A DNA stretch of 55,879 nucleotides from the NCBI GenBank assembly GCA_001938485.1, contig MQRK01178631.1, forward strand, positions 6,518 through 62,396, in the 5' to 3' direction. This document shows, in pieces, positions 48,600 through 55,879 of the stretch. The stretch's first letter is position 1; every line of letters starts with the position of its first letter. The notes beneath the pieces were generated by a model. The model was not told the DNA's origin, did no database searches, and saw only the letters and a list, made by a program, of their open reading frames with translations. Source of the stretch: Girardia tigrina (taxonomy: Eukaryota). Position numbers and translations under genes: made by a program.

Positions 48600-51500
48600 T
48601 AATACAAAAAACAAAGGTGGTTAGATATTTTTTCGCCATCTTTATTTTCAAGATATTTTATTTGTACTTAATTTTTTGGTTTAACAATGTATTATCAACT
48701 GTAGAATTTTCGTGAAAACATTATCCATTTTTATTCCTTTTGTACCAAAATGCTTTTTCTTCTGTCATTTATTTGTATTTTTATTTAACAAGAAATCAAT
48801 GGGACATAATGAACTGAACTCAAATCTGTAATAAAACGGTTAATTTTTTTCAAGAGTACTCTTAGATATATAACATGCAATTAATTACTATTGGTGATTT
48901 CTAGAGCAATTATTTTAGGATCTATGCATAAATTATACGGTAACAACTCAATAATGTGGCCAAGTTTTTGTCTTCTATTCCTAATATCTATCCAACTAAT
49001 TAACCGATAATAAACGGCCATTTTTCTATCAAAGAAAACAAATTTCTAAAATAATTTACTATTTTATTAGATTATAAAACCATGAAACACTCCTATCTTA
49101 CATCCGTGGATTGATCGTTCATCAAAGGAAAAACATTATTTGCAAATCCACAGAGAATTATCACATTCGTAGAATAGTCGTTGTACATCGCTTTAAACTA
49201 GACGTCCCTTTACGATTCTTTTACCCTTATTATTTCAATAATTGAATATAATTTCCTTTCCCACACATCTATATAACCTTTCTTATAATAACAAAAACGC
49301 AATTGTTTTATTTTTATTCTTGGCTTTTCTCCATCTCCTTCCATGCATTATAGGTATATAATCTTTAGTGTAAAACTAAAGATATTTTTTATAAATCTCA
49401 TCAATGGGAATTTATATCCTTCAATGGTTTTTTTACTTATTTGTAAAAAAACTATCATAATGTGACTCAAGATGGCAAAGAATACAAATATCATTGTATC
49501 AAAAAAGCCTGGTCGTATAATTTTATTAGCCGCCTTTTTTGTTATTTGTACAAGAAAAATAAAAGTAAATAATTGAATAACTAAAAATAACAAAAGTTTC
49601 TTATGAAGATTGTTTAAATTTACTTACCATATTTTTTAATAAGTACGTTAAGTCTGTATAAAGTTATTTTAATATTTTTTTTGTATTTTAAACCCGCGTT
49701 CATTTATCTCTTTTCCTCTAGTATTTATCTTAACATTTAAAAATTTGATACATCAAAGTATTTTATTTATGAATTTCTATTATTTTTATTATTTTACTTT
49801 TCAATTTTAAAAGTAAAGGACTTCTTCATCTTCATTATTATATAAATAAATAAATAACAATTAATTTTTTTTATTTAAAAATCCTTTTTATATTATTAGT
49901 AGCGTCAAGTATTTGTAAGGGTTCCTTTAACCTTTAAACAATTATGAATGTGAGCATTTTTTGGAAAACTCATAAATTTTTAGAATTTTTAAAATTTAAA
50001 ACTATCATATATTTAAATTTCAATAATTATAATTTTATCACATAAGAAATAATTGTATATATTAAGATTATGGTGAACTCGTTTAAATTTTTAAATTAAA
50101 TAATGAAAGTTTCAAAATATTTAAAATTAAATATTGAAAATCCTTGCACTTTAAAATGAGTTTTAAATAACTTAAAATGGAATAACAAATCTCAACATAA
50201 AATAAAATGTTTTACAAATAAAATAAAAACATTAAAATAATTTTAAAGTAATATAAATTTTTTGTTGATTTAATTAAAATATGTTTTTACAATGGAATAA
50301 AATAAGTAAAGTTCAAATAATTTTAAAGAAACATATATGTTAATTTTTTAAAAAAAATGTTAAAATAACTTTTAATGGAATAGTAAATATTAAGAATCAA
50401 ATAGATATTTAAATCCTGAACCGAAAGACTTTTAATACAATCATATTTTAAAATATGACTAACTTTGAGAATTATAAATTTGTAATAAAATAATATAAAT
50501 TTAAACCTTGTAAAGCAATTATTTGTAGTTTAATTATATAGATATTAAATTTTTTTAATCTAAATCAGACAATATATTAAAATATAATATTGTTAAATTA
50601 TTGTAATTAAAAAAAATGATAAATTCAATTCGTAAAAATAACTATATTAATAAATTACATATCAGTATTTATAATTCAGTATTGTATGTATAATCAATCT
50701 AGTCAAAAAGAAAACAAAAGAAAAAATCCTCAATTAAAATTTTTTTTGAATAATTGTTAATTGTTATAAAAGTAAAGTTTTGCGTTTTCATGACTTCAAT
50801 TATTGATCACGAACCCAAAAATGAATAAACTAAAGATTTTTAATCTTGATAATTAAGTTTAATTTTAACTAAAAATGAATTTATTCTTTTAAAACCATAT
50901 TTATTATTTTTAATATACAAACATAAAATTAATGTGGCAATTAAAATTCAATTTACCCTAAACAATTTCTCGAAAGTTGGTGTAGTCTTTCATCTTAGCA
51001 ATTAAAAAAAGGAACAAAATGTTTATCATTTTTTTAATATTGGTCCTCGTACCTTTGATGGTTGGTCAATTAAAAGTTTCTTAATATTTCTTCCTTGGGA
51101 GATTATAAAACTAATGAATTTTTACTACATGTTTACTCAGTTGAATATATTTCAGTGTGATTTTCAAATTTTAAAATAAGTAAAAGCAAAACCATATTAA
51201 CAGATTATAAAAAATTATTCGACCACCCCTGACATATGTGTTGACTGATAACAATGTCAAAGTCGTCTTATAGAATATTTATGAACGAATTTATAAAAAA
51301 AGATGAAAAATTGATATAAAGGGATGCTTGATCTTTTTTTCGTCGAGTAACTCAACCTTGCTATCGGTCCAAAAGGTCTTGACGCTTTTTGAACAAAATA
51401 ATACAAAACACAAAGGTGATCAGATATTTTTTTCGCCCTCTTTATTTTCAAAATATTTTATTTGTACTTAATTTCTTGGTTGAAAAATTTGATCCTATGA

Positions 51501-52958
51501 GAGGTTATTATTAATCATTCAATTATTATAAAAATAATTCATCTTTTAACAATGTTAAATATTAAATTTATTAATGCTGTTATTTATGTTATGAAATACA
51601 AAACTTATATTAAATTTTGATTTATTGAATTTTGTAAAATTTATTTTGTAGATACATCAAAACCAAAGGTTTTCAATTTGTTAAACTTGAGTTCGTTTAC
51701 AAATTGTCAATTTTATGTTTTACTTGGAAAGTGTTATATAAATATTTACCTTTGAAAGAGATCAAGAAAGATTAGGTAAAATTGATGATCATTGAATCTT
51801 TCAAAATTTATAAGGATATAAAGCGTCATAATAAAGTAGAAAAATATCAATAAAGCTAATTTAATAAAATAAAAATAAGAAAAAAAATTTTATATACAAT
51901 TATTATTAAAATTATTATCATAATTAATTATTATCATAAATTATTATTAATCACCAATTCTTATAACGATCATAATCATCATTATTATTATTTTTTAATA
52001 ATTTCAATAAATTTGTATATTTTTTTAGATTTTGTTTTACAAATTTTCATTATCACTTTCCAAAAGATTAAAGACGAACAATTAAATATATTTTCGCTTC
52101 TCTTTTCATATTCTTAATTTACATAAAAACAATGTGTCTAGAGGAATCATTTCAATAATTAATAAATTAATTTTTATTTTTTTATGTAATAATTATTAAT
52201 TTTTTTCCTTTCTGTTTTTGTTTTATCAAATTTTCTATTTTTTTATTATTATTTGAAGTTAAATTAATTGGATTATTTGAATTATTTTATATTTTTTTCT
52301 TAAGTCATTGTCTATTAGTAAAGTTATGATTAAAACTTTTTCAGTTAAATAAATAGAAGAAAAAGAATAAAAAACATGTTAAATATGGTAACATTTCTGG
52401 ATGCTTTATGGAGTAAACATGAATGATAAATCTGCAATCAACAGCTCTGTCCTTTCATAAATACATTAATGTAATTTATTGAGTTATTAGAATACGCAAG
52501 GTTTCATGAAAGTTTCGTCAGCCTTGATTTTAGACAGAGATGTATCACAAATTACCATTAATGTACAATGTTCCTTGTCCAAACATTGACTTGTATCTTG
52601 TACCGAAAAAAAATATTAAACTGCTTTCTGGATACACTCTTTACTGATTTAAAACTGCCATTAATTTCCTTTGGAACCTACTTAGAATCTGACAATTTTA
52701 TAACTTCTTTTTCAGTCAAAGAAGATCTTCTTGATTAAGTAAAGTTGTAAATAATACCTTTCTTTAAATTTTAACAGAATATAGCTTATAATGTTTTAAT
52801 TTGGTACAATTTTTGTGGCAAAAAGTTTATCCTATTATAATTAAAAAAAATCAAGAGGATATTTATTAAACATTTATTCCTTAAGGAATATTGGTATAAA
52901 TTACAATAGGGTGTAAAAGTTAGTATTTCATATTGTTACCTTATCATTACTTACTCTC

Positions 52959-54166
52959 AGGAAGACACGAAAAATTGTGAACGCCTGTATATTTTCCCTA
53001 GTTTTTTTATAGATTTGAAAGTTGGAGAACCACTATGAAGAACATTAATAAACTACAGCTGCTTCACAACTTATGTACCAGATATATTTTAGATTTGGAA
53101 AAATAGAAAAAAATCCGTATGGACACTATGGACAATGGATTCTTGCTATCAATGCACATTATCGCCAGTAGACATCTGGTATTTCATTGCAAGATTGAAG
53201 CGAAAGAAAAGTTCGAATACATCAAACGAATCTGGACAGCGAAGATGTAAATGGGGAACAAGATTAATTGGAAAAAGAAACAATCCATCTCCGATTATCT
53301 CCGAGTGGATATACATTGTCTTTTCGGGTATGATGCCGTCTACGATGACTTTATGAATCACATCATACACAGAGACCCAATTGTAGATTGTGACATGTAT
53401 GTGAACTCCCTAATCAGTTTAGGCTGGGTCCATCGAACAAAAACAAATGTACCAAAACTAATCAAGCAGAGAGAAGCTTCTACAATTTTAAAAAGTGTGA
53501 TATTACAAGGAGTTTGCCGAGCGAAACGAGCTATATAAACTTTTCAGGAAAGACCATGCAGCGGCGGCCACTCCACATCCCCAAACAGAAACGATAATGA
53601 CGATAAATGCCGAAGAAGTTGCAAAAATTTTCAAATAGGTATTTGCTGTAAAATGACCTATAAAATAAAAGCGTGGCTGAAGAGACACGTCAATAAGGAT
53701 CACAAACTGGATGGGGCCGAGATTGTCGGAATCTCATCAAATCAAGCAGAGCCGATCAACCAGATCAGAAATACGATTGGGGAAGCCGATAAAATATCAA
53801 ACATATTCCAGAAACTCAAAATCATTTAGCAACGGAACCTCAGACTATCTCCACGGTGGTTGAAGAAATGATCAATGCCGAAAAAACACATCTGTTTTTT
53901 AGGATTGCAGATTTATCTCAGAGGACAGAATTTAGATGCATCTTTCGCAGCTGCATAAAGTCTACAAATACAGCCAAAGGCATACAAAACCCTGGAACTA
54001 CAATCCATGGGTAGGCGTTTCTTATAGGGAAACCGAAAAGATATCAGAAACCGAAGTAATCCGACTCCGTGTCAGGCATATCGGGGGACTGTTAGATACT
54101 CTCTAGTTTTTTGGGACACTTTAAAGAACCTTAAAGCTCAATACCATTGAAAGAGATAGTAGGCCA
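52959..54166 (+). mobile_element. LINE copy 3 (same family as 964-3735), degraded
   Basis: IVNACIFSLV, KKKQSISDYLRVDIHCLFGYDAVYDDF, VPKLI, finger remnants, SDSVSGISGDC*, and the terminus CAATACCATTGAAAGAGATAGTAGGCCAAC. Confidence 0.9.
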
Positions 54167-54175
54167 ACATAATTG

Positions 54176-55308
54176 CATAATAATTAATATTTTTAAGAAC
54201 TTTTTGATTCTCCTTGGCATTGATGAAATAAATCTTTGACACAACTCTAGTGGTTTTCAAAGCAACATATGCGATCTACGTCTACCAGTAAATGGAGAAG
54301 AGATATGATATTCAAGGTAGAAAGCTTCGTCTACATGATCTCTCATAGATTTTCTATGGAGTTAAGATCTGATGAATAACTGAGCCAATCAAGCACTGTG
54401 ATTCGGTTTGGCTGAAACCATTGAGTGACTGCTTTAACTTTATGACATGGTGCTGAATCATGCTGGAACACATTAAACTGAAGGTTATGCATCCAGACGG
54501 ACCATTTCTTCTCTAAAACAGTCTGATAATGTTGGCATCAATTATTTTATATTTGGAAAAATACTAAAGATTACCCTATCACCAAAGACAAAGCACCCCT
54601 TTACTATAATTTTAAGTGAGTGTTTCACATTAGAAGAGTTGTATTCAGGAGGATGTAGAAAAAATCCCTGAATGTTATATCGACAGAATCCACTTTAATC
54701 TAAAAGGAACACAGATTTATAATGGTCAATTATTCAATGCTAATACGTTCGACAAAAAGCTAAACGACGTTGAGCAAAAACCTTGGCCATTAGTGGTTTA
54801 GGGTAAATAGCGCGTATTAATAGCTGCAAATCCACGTGTAACCGTCCTCTAATAGTTCGAGCGGGCACATGTACAAATTATGGAAGCTTTACCTTAACTT
54901 TGGAAGATATAACAAAATGATTTTTTTTGATCAGACGTTTTTTGATCATTCCTCATAGTAGTCTTTTGGTTGAACTTCATTGAGAATTTTGTTCACAATT
55001 GCATATGATATAGATAGCCGTCTAGCAATAACATTCTGATGGTAAACTTCTTTATTGAGTAAAATGATGGAAGTTTTCCGTTCTCCTGTGATGTCCTTTG
55101 TACGAGCCATTTGTAATGTTAAACTAAAAAGAGATTATAAATAATTAATGAATAATCAAATCATCATAAAAATAGTCAAAATTAATGAAATAATTTAAAT
55201 GAAAATAATTAATTTGAACCATTAAATTCAATTATAATGTCTTATTTTACATAAAAAATGTAATTATACCAAATTGACCAAACAATTCTAATTTTATGGC
55301 CAATACTG
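54176..55308 (-). mobile_element. Tc1-type transposon, degraded
   Basis: TIR-like end CAGTATTGGCCATAAAATTAGAAT at 55308. Motifs MARTKDITGERK, FQHDSAPCHKVK and SSMPRRI. Confidence 0.85.
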
Positions 55309-55879
55309 TCTATAATGCATAAATCCTTTCATTAAATTCAAATACCCTTTTATTCCACACTCAATAATTGTCATTTACTTAAATATACTTAAATTTACAT
55401 TATATATAATTTCATAAAATAATGTTTTAAAGAGATTTTTTATTATAATTTGAGAATATTTAGATTAATGTTGGAAAACCGAAACTTATTTCATACATTA
55501 TAATGTCTTTCACCTACCCCAAGTGTGAGGAATATTTTAAATTGTTTGAATGTGTAAATGTATTGATGATGTCTGTTGATTTAAGTATGTTGAATTTAGA
55601 ATGGTGATTCTTCCATCCAGATGGAAATTGCTATTTTTTTAATTAAATTTAAAGTGATTATTAAAATAATCATTTGATAAGTTCATGTTTTTTAATTTAA
55701 CAATTAAAATTAAGTTTAATATTTTTTAATATAATTTAAGTTTTTAATTTGTATTATTAATTTGTATTTTTAAGCACTTTTTAAGCACTTTTCATATACC
55801 TTCACTGTATTTCATCTTGTCAAGAATGGGCCATTTACTTTTGCCTATATCTCAGCATTTAGACCACATAGAAACTTCA

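Noticed and set aside
52925-52960. CATATTG as the left TSD of LINE copy 3
   Set aside because: Imperfect match to ACATAATTG, about 25 bp from the homology boundary, and the left part of the Tc1 host is missing, which suggests a deletion.

Overview
AT-rich eukaryotic (almost certainly animal) nuclear DNA with spliceosomal introns and three assembly gaps. Only two apparently intact host genes are present: a compact CDK12/13-type kinase (+, ~15539/15708-31172, with ~50-nt introns, one 351-nt intron and one 13.3-kb transposon-filled intron) and a 3-finger C2H2 gene (32945-33475). The rest is a nested transposon landscape: IS630/Tc1, mariner, maT (DD37D), pogo, Chapaev3, hAT, Helitron ends, MITEs, Gypsy/LTR relics, Penelope elements and several non-LTR families. 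The most unusual signals are: (1) a tail-less RTE-like LINE family (3 copies) with three C-terminal C2H2 fingers, a fixed structured 3' terminus and a shared AC-N(0-3)-ATTG target motif, each copy in or next to another transposon; (2) a 246-bp TSD-flanked retroposon starting with a Pr77/Ingi-like HDV-type ribozyme fold; (3) four minimal hammerhead ribozymes in Penelope termini; (4) an RLE retrotransposon in a (TA)n tract with a three-hairpin 3' UTR; (5) an ADP/ATP-translocase fragment whose segments appear circularly permuted. All family calls come from motif recognition by eye, without database searches. Coordinates of degraded elements are approximate.
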